NCBI GenBank assembly: GCA_000320545.1
Contig: ADNK01000727.1
Location: 1 to 39,336, forward strand
DNA: 39,336 nucleotides
Direction of reading: 5' to 3'
Source of the DNA: Bigelowiella natans CCMP2755
Taxonomy: Eukaryota > Protista > Cercozoa
Shown here: piece after piece, positions 12,025-22,416 of the stretch
Layout: each line of letters begins with the position of its first letter
Numbering within the stretch: position 1 is the first letter of the stretch
Notes under the pieces: generated by a model
Databases searched by the model: none
What the model was told of the DNA's origin: nothing
Seen by the model: only the letters and a program-made list of their open reading frames with translations
Program-made: the position numbers and the translations under genes

Positions 12025-14007
12025 CTATTGAGGGGAAGTTCTCTCGAAATTGAACACGTCGCAATGGATTTTCACGTCGTCGTTTTTCGGCCAGAAGTGA
12101 GAGGTCTCTCCAATGCGGAACTTATGCATCTGTCCTGGAACAATTCTGGTCCACGCGAATTTTTCGTTGATTCTTTTTGTCGAACGAACCGCAGAAAATG
12201 ATATTCGTTTCGCTCCGATCTGCGTTGCCAAGGTGGAAACATAGTGCATCTTCAAGGTGTGACTCTTGGCATCAGCAACGTTAATGAGATGAAGCACTTT
12301 CTCCCCCTTGAATCGATAGATGCGAACTGCATCGAATGCTGCATTGTTCCATTCCAGAGGCACTGCCCAAACCTGTTCGCCATCTTTCACATCCTCAAAT
12401 ATTTTTTTCAGATCTTCAGTAGTTTCGTATTCGTGGACGGCATGGGCTTTCCAATCAACTGGAGCATTTTTTGAGTCGCAGACGATGACCTTTTTGTCTT
12501 CTGTTTTCATTGCTGCTTTTAGTTGAGCTAAGAAGTCCATCTCCACTACCCAGCCCATGAAAGAAGGGTTTTGAAGGTTTTCGGCAATGTTGTATCCCAT
12601 TTTCACCGCCAAAAAACTGTGCTTGATCACCAGTAGCTTTAACACGTATTTACTCACGAATACTGGATGTTTATTTGTCACCAATCCCGGAGTCTTCAAA
12701 GTGCACACCAGATGGTTTATGGCGTCAGCGCTCTCGTGTCCCGCGGTACCCTTCAAAAGAGATTCTGCGTTTCCCACTTTGTCAATCATCCGATTTATTT
12801 GTCCCTTCACTGTTTTTAGATCTGTTGCAAACATCCATCGTGCAGAATGACCTGCAAAGTAGAACTTCTCGCGGAGCTTCTCGGAAAATTCATTCTCCTT
12901 GTCTAGACAATCGATATACGTACAGACTTCTTTTTGGAATGCCTCGTCCTTTGATGCAGCAAGGTATTGCTCCAATGTCCACGGATGCATTGTATGGCGT
13001 ATCACTTCATCGAAGGCTTCTTTGCCAGCCAAAGACTTTGTAACGATGTTAACCCGTACATTGTCGTAGTGGCATGATTGCTCAAGGGCTTGGTGGTGCT
13101 GTCCATCTATCCTCAGACCATCGAGCACCACGATGTCTGCTTTACTACCATTCAAGGTTCCAGTTGCTACTAATCTCGATTTGTTCAGCTCTCCATCATT
13201 GATAAAGGAGAACATCCGGGCAGCTTTCTTGGTCTCTCCGTTGAGGAAAACCACTGTCGGAGGTCTAGCACGCAAAAAATGGACCCATAAGACGTTCTTC
13301 CCCGCAGTCCACCTCGAGACTGCCCAGCCCCAAGTCGTCACCGATTTCCCAAGTCCAGGTGTTCCAACTATTTCAAGTTCACGCTCCTCCTCCAGCTTAG
13401 TCCAAAGCTCAATGACTTCCTCCCGCCCATACAATCGGAGTTCGCCATTTCCGGTAGCATTGCGCAGACCAGCAATACCCAATCCGCTCACGACGAAGAA
13501 TTTCCCTCTCTGTGGTGTATCTGAAATGTATATCTGCGCTGAAATGTCTTCCCAGTGGGCCTCTTCCCCCCTGCCGCTTTCATCAATTTCCATGGCTGAA
13601 CACACAGGCAAAACTATCTCAGCACACCAATTGCTCATCAGATGTTACAAAAATACATTACCGGTTGCATCCTCGAATTTCTTTGACACGTCCTTCAGTT
13701 CTGCCTCCTTCGCCTGAATTTCCTCGTCCAATTTGTCAATAGCACCCTTGAGCGCCTCTTCTTTCTCCTTATTCTTCTCCGTTGCCCAAGCGATGCTCAA
13801 AGCTTTTCTTTCATCCCTCAATTTCTCGATTTGTTTGCTAATAGAGTCCATCTGATTTCCCCATGCCTCAGAACGCTGAGAACACATCAAAGCTTAAGCT
13901 CCCGAACGCAAGCCTCGTAGGATAAGTACCTGTGCTTTCGAACTTCTCCTGCTAGGGATTCTTTCATCTACCTTCCTTTTCTCGTCAAAAGATCCACTAC
14001 GCTTCAT
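12025..14007 (-). CDS. Crinkler (CRN)-like protein: coiled-coil N-terminus, P-loop NTPase and C-terminal restriction-endonuclease-fold domain; exons 14007-13930, 13875-13662, 13595-12025
   Basis: Walker A GTPGLGKS, Walker B IVVLDG, FYFAGHSARWMF and WNNAAFDAV...HTLK motifs typical of CRN NTPase-REase proteins. Two GT-AG introns (13929-13876, 13661-13596) keep the frame. The true 5' end is uncertain. Confidence 0.8.
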
Positions 14008-14294
14008 CGAGTCTGATTTCGAGTCTGGTGTGAAGATCTTCACGGGAGACTCTCGTTGCGGCGAATCCCCGGAAAGAGCATTACCGGGAGTATTACCGGT
14101 ATTGCCCGTTAGTGTCCGTTAGTGTCCGAAGATTAGGGACTCCCATTTTCATCCCGGAATGCCCAGCAGCGGGGAGAGTCTCCGGTGAAGAACTGACACG
14201 TGTGGCTGATATGGCAAAGACATTAAATGTCAAATTTTCGGGCACACGATGCCTCAAAGCTCCAGCCCAGTGATGGTGTTTTCGTACCCAGGTT

Positions 14295-17200
14295 TCACCC
14301 ATTGATCCTCAAAGCCATCTTCAAACTCAACATCCTGAGGGGTGTACTTACCAAATGCTGGGTATGTTTGTTGGTTATTCTACTAAGATTACACTCCACA
14401 CAAGTTAATCTACAGTTGTTCCAGAGATGGGGTAGATCATTATCAATTCTATCCACAGAAACATTATCAGCAGTAAATCCACATCTACACACAGGGCATT
14501 GTGGATGATTATTAACAGTTCTTTTTATCCATTCCTCATCAATATATTCTTTATCTTTCCAAGTTCTACCAGCTCTTTTGTCCTGAGATTTATATGAAGA
14601 TACTTTCATTCGTAGTTTTTGAGAAATCATACTTTCTTTTAATCTGTAGCATTCTTTATCGCTGTGCTGATATATTTGTATCTGTGATAGGTCAGTTGAA
14701 CGAGTTATAGCAGTCCAGAGCCACTTGCGAGTAATTCTACAGGTGTTAGTATCGAACACGGTAATAGGGCCATCTACTGATAATCCTTGAAAACTATGAC
14801 AGGTAGAGGCATATGATAACCTAAAATGCTTACTAATTAATTCTATAGGAATTCTTATTTCTTCCATATCACATACATCATGTGTTACAAATTCTTTTTT
14901 ATTTACTTTAATAATTTCATAAGTGTAGTTCACATATAGTTTTGGTTTCTTATTGTACTTTTTACATGCAATCTCCATACCAGCATAGTAGCAAATACCA
15001 TCTACATAAACCTTTTTTCTCGGTTTCTTTTGTAGACCGTGGATATACTTACCTACTGAACGGGATCTAAAGTTGTAGAAGGTAATATTGTTAAGAGTCT
15101 TTACTTTATCCATACTTTCAACAACTTTAAAATATTTTTTTAGCACATCAAATGGTTTAGTTTTTACATCAAATATTTCTTGTTTTAATCGTGCAAGAGT
15201 ATTTCTTTCCTCGTCTGTTTTTACTCTCTTACAGATTTTAAGAGTGATTTGATTAGGGAACATATCATTCATAGCTTCAGTTGTTCTAACATCAATGTCT
15301 TTGATGTCATTAAACAGATATTCGTTTTCAATGGGATCCAATTGAGCTAAATCACCAGTAGCAATAAATTTTTTATTAGTATGCTTATCCATAAATAACT
15401 TAATTTTTGATAGTTGATGTATTGAATACATGTAAACCTCGTCAAAGCATATAACATCATGTGGTGAAATATCAAATTTTCTTATGCATTTACATTCGTT
15501 GTTATGAATGTTAAGGCTAAATAATCTATGATAAGTAATAGCATCGTGTCCGCTCTCACGAACATTTTGGCATGATTTATTAAACGGTGCTACGAACAAG
15601 ATTTTTTTACCTTTATATTTTTTAACTGAATAACTCTTACCACTACCAGGTAGTAAAGCATTCACAAGAGTTCTATCATGCTTATCAAATGCGTTTTTAA
15701 TTACTTCTGTATTCCATTCATTCACAATATCAATCTTATTAATGTTAATTGTTTCAGGTTCTGCCACTTCATTTTCTAAAGGAACAAAGTATTGACCCAT
15801 AACCTTAGTTTTTTCCTCCAATTTCACACCACCAATGTCTTTATTAAAATCAAAGTAAGGTTTAATCTTATCAACTTTGTCTCTTACAATGATACAATCA
15901 GTTTCAATAGCTGTAGGATGTAATCCTACAGATGAACATTTATCATATAAATTAAACATCTTAACAGAAACAAGGTCATGTGTCATATCTTTAATAGGTT
16001 TGAATGTTTCTCTTACCAGTTTTTTAGTGGTTCTTACAAGTAAGAATAGATCATCACTGATAGGGTTAATTTCGCCGCCATGTAATTTCTTATAATGGTT
16101 TGCTTCATTCAAATTTTTGTAAATTTTACACACTGATTTATGATTGTATTTCTTCTCAAGCTGTCCTGTAATTTTATTACATATGAATTTATTAGCATTG
16201 ATGGTTCCAAGTTCTGTTTTGTGCAGTTTATCAACTGCTTTGCTAAATTTAACAGCAGCAACATTAGAAGGTCTAATGTAGTGTAGTATATCGTAACTGT
16301 TTTCATTCATTTGTTTCAATTTGAATCCACATGCTCTGTTGTGTCTTTTAGGTAACAAGATGTTGTGAGCTTCACCTCCATCTAAACTCATTACAACACA
16401 CATTGCAAGGTCTTCTACAGAATGATCATCACATTTAACATGATTATCAAAATAATGAAAAATAGGAATTCGAGAGATTGATTTTGAAGCCCAAGTGCAA
16501 CATTCATTAACATCAATGCCATTTCCAACAGCATCATCACTTAGTCTTCCTGCAGCAGGTCCTTTGGGACGTGCTTCATTCATTCTTAATGCTTCATTGT
16601 TAAAAATGCTTGTGTGTTCTTTTTTGATGATTTTTTGATAGAAGTCATCATCTGCTTTCACAAAATTTTCATGGTTGTTTTCATTTGCATCACAAGTAAT
16701 GATGTCATTCACGTTGTCATGGTCAGGATGAGATGTGACACATGGTTCATTGCCAATTCCAAATGACAAAGAAAGCATTCTGTCATGTTGAAAAAATGTT
16801 CTTGGTTCGCATTTGTGAACATTGATCATTTCAATTGACAATTCCCTCATGTCGCCACAATGAAAACATTCAATCCATTCATCATTCACTGTTTCAATGT
16901 GAGATGCGATGTCATTGAGGTTTTCAATGAATTTGAAACAATCACTTTTTTCTTCATCCATTGATCTGAATTTGTGTTTGTTGTGCACTTGTGATGTGCA
17001 TTTGTCACATTCTGCTTCTTTTTTTTTCTGTTCCAATTCTTTGATTTGGTGATTGAGCAAATGAGCATGATCATTGTGAACCATGACTCTGAAGTTTCGT
17101 GGTGAGATGTGCTCATTGTGTTTCTCAGGTGCAAACTTGTCAACTGAATTGTGCACGTCATCGCAAACGGTCAGCCCTGGTTCACATTTCTCAAAAAACT

Positions 17201-18083
17201 TTTTGATCTCTGCCAATGCAACAGCACCATCCTTTTTTTTTTCTTTTTTTCCTGCAATGTTGCAAAGAGCATTGTGAGCAAGATTTTTGCATCTGGATTT
17301 TTCAAATGATTTTTCACATGAGTTCATGACAGCATTGAACATGCAAGAATTCTCTCTGTTGCATTTTTCAGGTTGATGGAATGGTTCACCAAAAGTTTTG
17401 GCATCTTGGTCAATTTCACATTTGAGGCATTTGCAATTCATGGCCACATTGTTGTCATCATCTTTCACCACAATTTGACCAACATCATGATCACTTGATG
17501 ATTTGGAATCATGAGATCCATTGCAAATGATTTTGATGTGATCACCATGTTCAAATGAAGGGTCATTCATTTCCTCAGCCATGTTTTGGTTTCTCATTGA
17601 CACTCCACAAACTTGTCCATCAAGTGATTTTGATTTGATTTTGACAAATCTGCCAATGGCATTTCCAAATGCTTGAGCAGTTTTTTTCAAAACCACACCG
17701 TTGATGGTCATCACATTTGCTGGTCTCAGTCCTTTGTGATTGAATTCATCAACAGCATGTTTTCTTTCTTCATCTGCCCTGCGATGAACAAAAATTGTGC
17801 AACTTGCATTGGTTCCACCATGAATTGTGCGACATGTTTTTTTCAGTTGGCTTTCGTTGAGGTTTCTGAAAGAATTGAGACTGCCATTCACAACTTCAAA
17901 AGGTGATCCTTTGACATTCAATTTGTTGCAAGTTCCACCACCAATCTCAACCAATCGGTTGGTGTTGATGTTGCATCCATGACCATTTTTCATCTCTTTG
18001 TTTTCAATTTCAGTGAAAAGCTTTTGCAAGTTCTTTTTTTGAAGAGAACCAAACTTTCCAAATTTTTTCAAAAAACTTTTCAT
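14295..18083 (-). CDS. Fusion protein: degenerate family-B DNA polymerase, SF1 (Pif1/RecD-like) helicase and C-terminal HNH/EndoVII-like Zn domain; 5' half hypermutated
   Basis: PolB-like motifs GIDVNECCT (A), KFICNKITG (B), AIETDC (C). Helicase motifs PGSGKS, VAPFN, FDEVYM, GDLAQLDP, TCHSFQG, TAITR. C-terminal CPVC...VDRIDNDLPH...CVECN. The start at 18083 is inferred; the ORF track extends to 18365, probably through lost stops. Confidence 0.85.
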   Translation of the reverse strand: MKSFLKKFGKFGSLQKKNLQKLFTEIENKEMKNGHGCNINTNRLVEIGGGTCNKLNVKGSPFEVVNGSLNSFRNLNESQLKKTCRTIHGGTNASCTIFVHRRADEERKHAVDEFNHKGLRPANVMTINGVVLKKTAQAFGNAIGRFVKIKSKSLDGQVCGVSMRNQNMAEEMNDPSFEHGDHIKIICNGSHDSKSSSDHDVGQIVVKDDDNNVAMNCKCLKCEIDQDAKTFGEPFHQPEKCNRENSCMFNAVMNSCEKSFEKSRCKNLAHNALCNIAGKKEKKKDGAVALAEIKKFFEKCEPGLTVCDDVHNSVDKFAPEKHNEHISPRNFRVMVHNDHAHLLNHQIKELEQKKKEAECDKCTSQVHNKHKFRSMDEEKSDCFKFIENLNDIASHIETVNDEWIECFHCGDMRELSIEMINVHKCEPRTFFQHDRMLSLSFGIGNEPCVTSHPDHDNVNDIITCDANENNHENFVKADDDFYQKIIKKEHTSIFNNEALRMNEARPKGPAAGRLSDDAVGNGIDVNECCTWASKSISRIPIFHYFDNHVKCDDHSVEDLAMCVVMSLDGGEAHNILLPKRHNRACGFKLKQMNENSYDILHYIRPSNVAAVKFSKAVDKLHKTELGTINANKFICNKITGQLEKKYNHKSVCKIYKNLNEANHYKKLHGGEINPISDDLFLLVRTTKKLVRETFKPIKDMTHDLVSVKMFNLYDKCSSVGLHPTAIETDCIIVRDKVDKIKPYFDFNKDIGGVKLEEKTKVMGQYFVPLENEVAEPETININKIDIVNEWNTEVIKNAFDKHDRTLVNALLPGSGKSYSVKKYKGKKILFVAPFNKSCQNVRESGHDAITYHRLFSLNIHNNECKCIRKFDISPHDVICFDEVYMYSIHQLSKIKLFMDKHTNKKFIATGDLAQLDPIENEYLFNDIKDIDVRTTEAMNDMFPNQITLKICKRVKTDEERNTLARLKQEIFDVKTKPFDVLKKYFKVVESMDKVKTLNNITFYNFRSRSVGKYIHGLQKKPRKKVYVDGICYYAGMEIACKKYNKKPKLYVNYTYEIIKVNKKEFVTHDVCDMEEIRIPIELISKHFRLSYASTCHSFQGLSVDGPITVFDTNTCRITRKWLWTAITRSTDLSQIQIYQHSDKECYRLKESMISQKLRMKVSSYKSQDKRAGRTWKDKEYIDEEWIKRTVNNHPQCPVCRCGFTADNVSVDRIDNDLPHLWNNCRLTCVECNLSRITNKHTQHLVSTPLRMLSLKMALRING

Positions 18084-18229
18084 TGTGTTGTTGGACACAT
18101 CATCATTGCAGATTGGATTTCTTTGAGTGAGAATCAAACGAATGAAAATTTGAAAAAAATCCATGGTTTTTTTGAGAGTTTTGAAACGACCATGAAATGG
18201 TTTGAAAAGAAAAAATCTGCAGTGTTGCA

Positions 18230-18547
18230 ATGAGCGAAAACAACAAAACATTTGAATCCAAAACTTCAGGACATGTGAAAGAATTCTGCAAAAAGAACTC
18301 TCAAAAATGGCTGCGAAAGGTGGAATGCAAAGCCTGCAATTGCATGATTGGATCAGCATCACCATCTCGACACAAAAGAACCAAAAAACACATGTTCAAT
18401 GGCAATCCTAATCCATCCGAAGAGCAGAAAAAATTTGCAGATGACAACAAATGTGTCAAGTTTGGAAAATGCAAATTGGTCAAATTGGAAGAAAAATTGG
18501 ATTTTGTCATGAAGAAATTGGAAGAGTTAGGAAACAAAACACAATGA
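18230..18547 (+). CDS. Small viral zinc-finger protein
   Basis: CKACNC...SRHKRTKKH pattern followed by a coiled-coil tail. Confidence 0.6.
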   Translation: MSENNKTFESKTSGHVKEFCKKNSQKWLRKVECKACNCMIGSASPSRHKRTKKHMFNGNPNPSEEQKKFADDNKCVKFGKCKLVKLEEKLDFVMKKLEELGNKTQ

Positions 18548-18902
18548 ATGCAATTTCATGATCATCACAATGATTGTTGTGATCATGAAATTGAACAATG
18601 AATGAGTTGAACATTGATGGTTTTTGTTTTGTGACCATCAACATTGTCATTGTGATCATCAACATTTTTGAACCTTGCATGCCAAGATGGTTCACTGCAC
18701 ATTTCTTTCTCTTCAACATTGGGTTTCACAAGACCTGATTTGATCAGCATGTCCCCATTCTGTCCTTTGCAATTGTCAATGTTTTTCATGAATGCTTCTG
18801 CAGATTCATCACTAACTTCAGGTTTTGTTGGAACTTTTTCATCCTTGTCATCGTCACTCATTGTGATGTGACTGCACATTTTGTGATGATTTCAAACGAA
18901 TG

Positions 18903-19154
18903 TCAATCAAATGATGCTGTTGTGCCATCAACTTTTTCAGGAACCTTTGGAATTTCTTTTTTCTTCTTTTCCTCCTCTTTCATTTTTGGTTTGCGAACAT
19001 CCTCAAAATGTTTCTTGTTGCATTTGCTTGTCTTCTCTTTTTTTTCTTGACATCTCTTCTTTTGGCATGCTGTCATTTTTTCTCCATTTGATTTGCAATG
19101 TGCTTTTTGTTTTTCCTCATCAGACATTTGTTGAAATGGTTCAGATTTTTGCAT
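18903..19154 (-). CDS. Small basic viral protein, hypermutated
   Basis: Lys/Glu-rich. Back-mutating C/H to Y gives KAYYKSN...AYQKKRYQEKKEK, a pattern common in viral basic proteins. Confidence 0.45.
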   Translation of the reverse strand: MQKSEPFQQMSDEEKQKAHCKSNGEKMTACQKKRCQEKKEKTSKCNKKHFEDVRKPKMKEEEKKKKEIPKVPEKVDGTTASFD

Positions 19155-19185
19155 TTGAAAAAAATGATCTCAACTCAATTGACAC

Positions 19186-20367
19186 ATGATCAATTTGAGA
19201 GAAACAGAAAAAAGGTTCATGCGACAGTGGAACAATTGTTTTCCATTGATGGAAGAAGACAGAAAAGGAAACAAAGTTCCAAGTGAAGTCAATGTCAATC
19301 ATCTTCTTTGGATGATTTGCAACAAAGACGATGTTGGAGGTGATGGAAAACTTGTGGTGAGAAAAACAGACACTGAGGCAATCAATCCAATTGCAGGAAC
19401 AAGATTGCATTCATCGAACATGGAAAGGTCTTTGATCACGTGTGCTAACAACAACAGATTTGATGTTAGTGATCCAAGTGAAGATTCAAGAACTCCACCA
19501 AGATCATCAACACCGCCAAAAATGATGAGAACACCACAAAGATCACCACCACCACCACCAAGAAGACCACTGCCAAGAAGACCAGCACCAGGAGGACCAC
19601 CAGCACCAGCACCAGGAAATGGACAACAACAGATGGCACAAGAAGAAAAACTACCAGCATTGGCAAGATCAAATGACATTGACAGCAGAGAGACACAAGC
19701 AACACCATCACAAAGATTTGGTCAACAACCAGGTTTCAGTCTGACCCCAGTTGTTCCCACATCAGCACCTGCTGGATTCAAATCAACACCAGGTGACATG
19801 GGTGAGAAAAAATTGACAGATTCATCTTTGAAAGAAATTGAAGAGCACAACGACTTCCAAAGACCTTTACCTGACATTTTGGAAAGACAAAATGCAATCT
19901 GTCAGACCAAAATGAGGCAAGGGTCAATCCAAGAAGCAACTCATCCATTCGGAGGTAAATGCAATGCAACCAATGAATCACAAATCAATCATGACACCAA
20001 TTCTAAAAACCCATTTGTCAAATCTCAAGCAAGATTGAAGGTGAAAGAAACAGATGACACAAGTGAAATTTGCAGACCTCAATTGCAAGAAGCAATCGAT
20101 GATGCCAAACCACCTGCTAAATTGTTAGCAAAGATGGCCAACATGGAAGCACTCAAAGTTGAAGTTCCAGTTGAACCTCCATTCAAAGCAAGAGGTTTTG
20201 ATCCAAAGGAATTGCGACCGGTTTTCAAAATCAATTGCACTCACGGTGCAGTGCCTCATCATGTGTCTCAAGCACACAAAAAGAAGAAAGATGAAGTAGC
20301 AGATGTGCACACCAGCTACACGAAATCCAAACAAATGAAAGATGCCAGTGATCTGTTTTTTCAATGA
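19186..20367 (+). CDS. Viral hypothetical protein with Pro-rich region (possibly read-through of more than one gene)
   Basis: Long ORF with purine-rich coding bias and a PPPPPRRPLPRRPAP tract. Confidence 0.5.
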   Translation: MINLRETEKRFMRQWNNCFPLMEEDRKGNKVPSEVNVNHLLWMICNKDDVGGDGKLVVRKTDTEAINPIAGTRLHSSNMERSLITCANNNRFDVSDPSEDSRTPPRSSTPPKMMRTPQRSPPPPPRRPLPRRPAPGGPPAPAPGNGQQQMAQEEKLPALARSNDIDSRETQATPSQRFGQQPGFSLTPVVPTSAPAGFKSTPGDMGEKKLTDSSLKEIEEHNDFQRPLPDILERQNAICQTKMRQGSIQEATHPFGGKCNATNESQINHDTNSKNPFVKSQARLKVKETDDTSEICRPQLQEAIDDAKPPAKLLAKMANMEALKVEVPVEPPFKARGFDPKELRPVFKINCTHGAVPHHVSQAHKKKKDEVADVHTSYTKSKQMKDASDLFFQ

Positions 20368-20411
20368 TCATCGTTTCATCATGATCATCATTGTCTGTCA
20401 CAATTGCAACA

Positions 20412-21152
20412 ATGACCAAAAAAGCATGTGAAAAATTGGACACAAAACCCACATTGAAAAATGAATCTGAACAGATGCACAACAATTGCGGCTCAATTCC
20501 ATCTTTTCCTAACAGATGCTTGTTCACAGCTCCTACTGGATCAGGTGAAAGTGTTGCAACAGTGAATTTGCTCACTCGCAAAAGATGTTCAAGAAACTTC
20601 TTTGATGTCATTTCATTTTGCTCGCCCAATGTGAATTGCGAAGAAGAACACACAGAAATGAAAACAAAAAACGAAAAAGCAGAAACAAAATTTGAAGAAA
20701 AGTTCAAAGAGAAAGAGTTTGGTGCTGTGGTTGACAAATCAATGAAAGAACAAAAAGAACTAAAAGACAAAAAGAAACCCATGAAAAAAATGTTGGTGAT
20801 CATTGATGATTTCGCTTCAGATGAAAAAGTGATGAAAAGTGAAACATCAAAAGATTTGTTCTTTGCTGGTAGAAAACATGGTGTGTGTGTTTGGATCACC
20901 AGTCAGCATCACAAAATGGTTCAACCAGATGTTAGAACCAATGCGGAACATCTCATTGTGTTCAGTAGGCAACCCTCGAGTGAATTGAAAAAGATGGCTG
21001 AAGAAACATCAATGGGTGAATGCACCAAGAAAAAAATCATGGAAATGTTTGATGAAACATCCACCATGGATTGTTCATTTTCACATTGCAACAGAAAACA
21101 AAACATGAATGAAAGGTGCATGATTGATTTTCAAAGTTTTGTGAACATCTAA
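20412..21152 (+). pseudogene. A32/FtsK-like DNA packaging ATPase with Walker A Lys mutated
   Basis: APTGSGES (from GKS), VIIDDF, GRKHGVCVWITSQ, VRTN. Confidence 0.9.
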
Positions 21153-21441
21153 ACATGACCAATGTGGATGAACTTTTGCCAGAATTGCATTCAAAAAAAT
21201 CAGGAACAAATCATCATCATTCAACAGTCGTCCAAAAAAAAATAGCAAATCCTTTTTTGCATTTGAAAAAACCAGCTGCACATTCACCTCCAAAAAAACC
21301 AGCTGCACATTTGCCTCCAACAAAACCAGCTGGTTTTTTTGCGAGAGAATTTGTGAGAAAAGAAGTGCCTGTGAGCATCAAACGAACATTCAAAAAGCAT
21401 CAAATGTCAATTGATCATTGTCCAAATGTTGATGATGACAC

Positions 21442-22029
21442 ATGGGAAATGACAATTCTTCACCACCAAAACCAAAACCAATCCACATTCCAAAGCCACA
21501 TTTTCCAAAACCAAAACCAATTCATGTTCCAAGAATTCCTGTGGAAAAAGCAACTAAGCCTGTGAACAAAGGAATGAAAAAAGGAGCAAATTGTCTTGAA
21601 GATGAACCAACACATCCAGTTTCCACCACAAATGAAGCCAAACGAGCATTGAACAAATTGGATTCCATGTCCCACGGTGGTCTTGGTGTTGTTCATCAGG
21701 GATCTCAAGTTGTGTTTCCACAATTTGGATTGGCCGTTGCATTGGCTACTGTGGCAGATGAAATGGCTCATGATGATGGCAAGTTGTCAAAAAAAACATC
21801 AAAAAACATCTTGTTGAACCAGGCCACGGGAGGTGTTCATGGTGATTACCAAAATGTTGGAACCATTGAAAAATCTGAGCTTGTGAGTGAAATGGAAAAC
21901 AAATTCAATGCAGATTTACACGACTTACCAGATGTTGATGGAGCAATTCCAGTTTCTGTGGAAGGCAAAATTTCTGTTGATGATGCGACCAGAAAACTCA
22001 GACAAATCACCATTTCTCATCTTCTTTGA
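21442..22029 (+). CDS. Viral hypothetical protein with N-terminal MG..S (possible myristoylation) and PKP repeats
   Basis: ORF starting MGNDNSSPPKPKP with a central hydrophobic stretch. Confidence 0.5.
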   Translation: MGNDNSSPPKPKPIHIPKPHFPKPKPIHVPRIPVEKATKPVNKGMKKGANCLEDEPTHPVSTTNEAKRALNKLDSMSHGGLGVVHQGSQVVFPQFGLAVALATVADEMAHDDGKLSKKTSKNILLNQATGGVHGDYQNVGTIEKSELVSEMENKFNADLHDLPDVDGAIPVSVEGKISVDDATRKLRQITISHLL

Positions 22030-22330
22030 TTTCAGGACTTGGTGGAAATGTTCCAAGTGTCAGAATGACAACATTTGAAAAAGCATTTCTTTCTGCTACA
22101 TTTTCTGCTGTTGCAACTTGAAGCACACTGAATGTCAAAACACTAAACGTTGCACCAGATTTCAGGAAAAACTCCAAAGCCCTTTTGTCAGAAGTTGAAC
22201 AACAAGACTGGCACGCATTGATGCATTTTTCATCCTCCAATTCTTTTCTGTGCAGCATCTCTTCTGTCATTCTGTCTTTGTGTTCTTCAGAATCTTCAAC
22301 ATCTGAAGCTGCATCACTTTTTTCATCCAT
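22007..22330 (-). CDS. Small viral membrane protein
   Basis: Acidic N-terminus, SCC, two hydrophobic segments ending in PSP. Confidence 0.45.
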   Translation of the reverse strand: MDEKSDAASDVEDSEEHKDRMTEEMLHRKELEDEKCINACQSCCSTSDKRALEFFLKSGATFSVLTFSVLQVATAENVAERNAFSNVVILTLGTFPPSPEIKEDEKW

Positions 22331-22416
22331 TTTGCATTCCATGGATTGTGGAATGATCATCATGAACAGTCATGAACAAAATGCTGTGATGATTTTTTTC
22401 TGTTCTTGTGATGACA

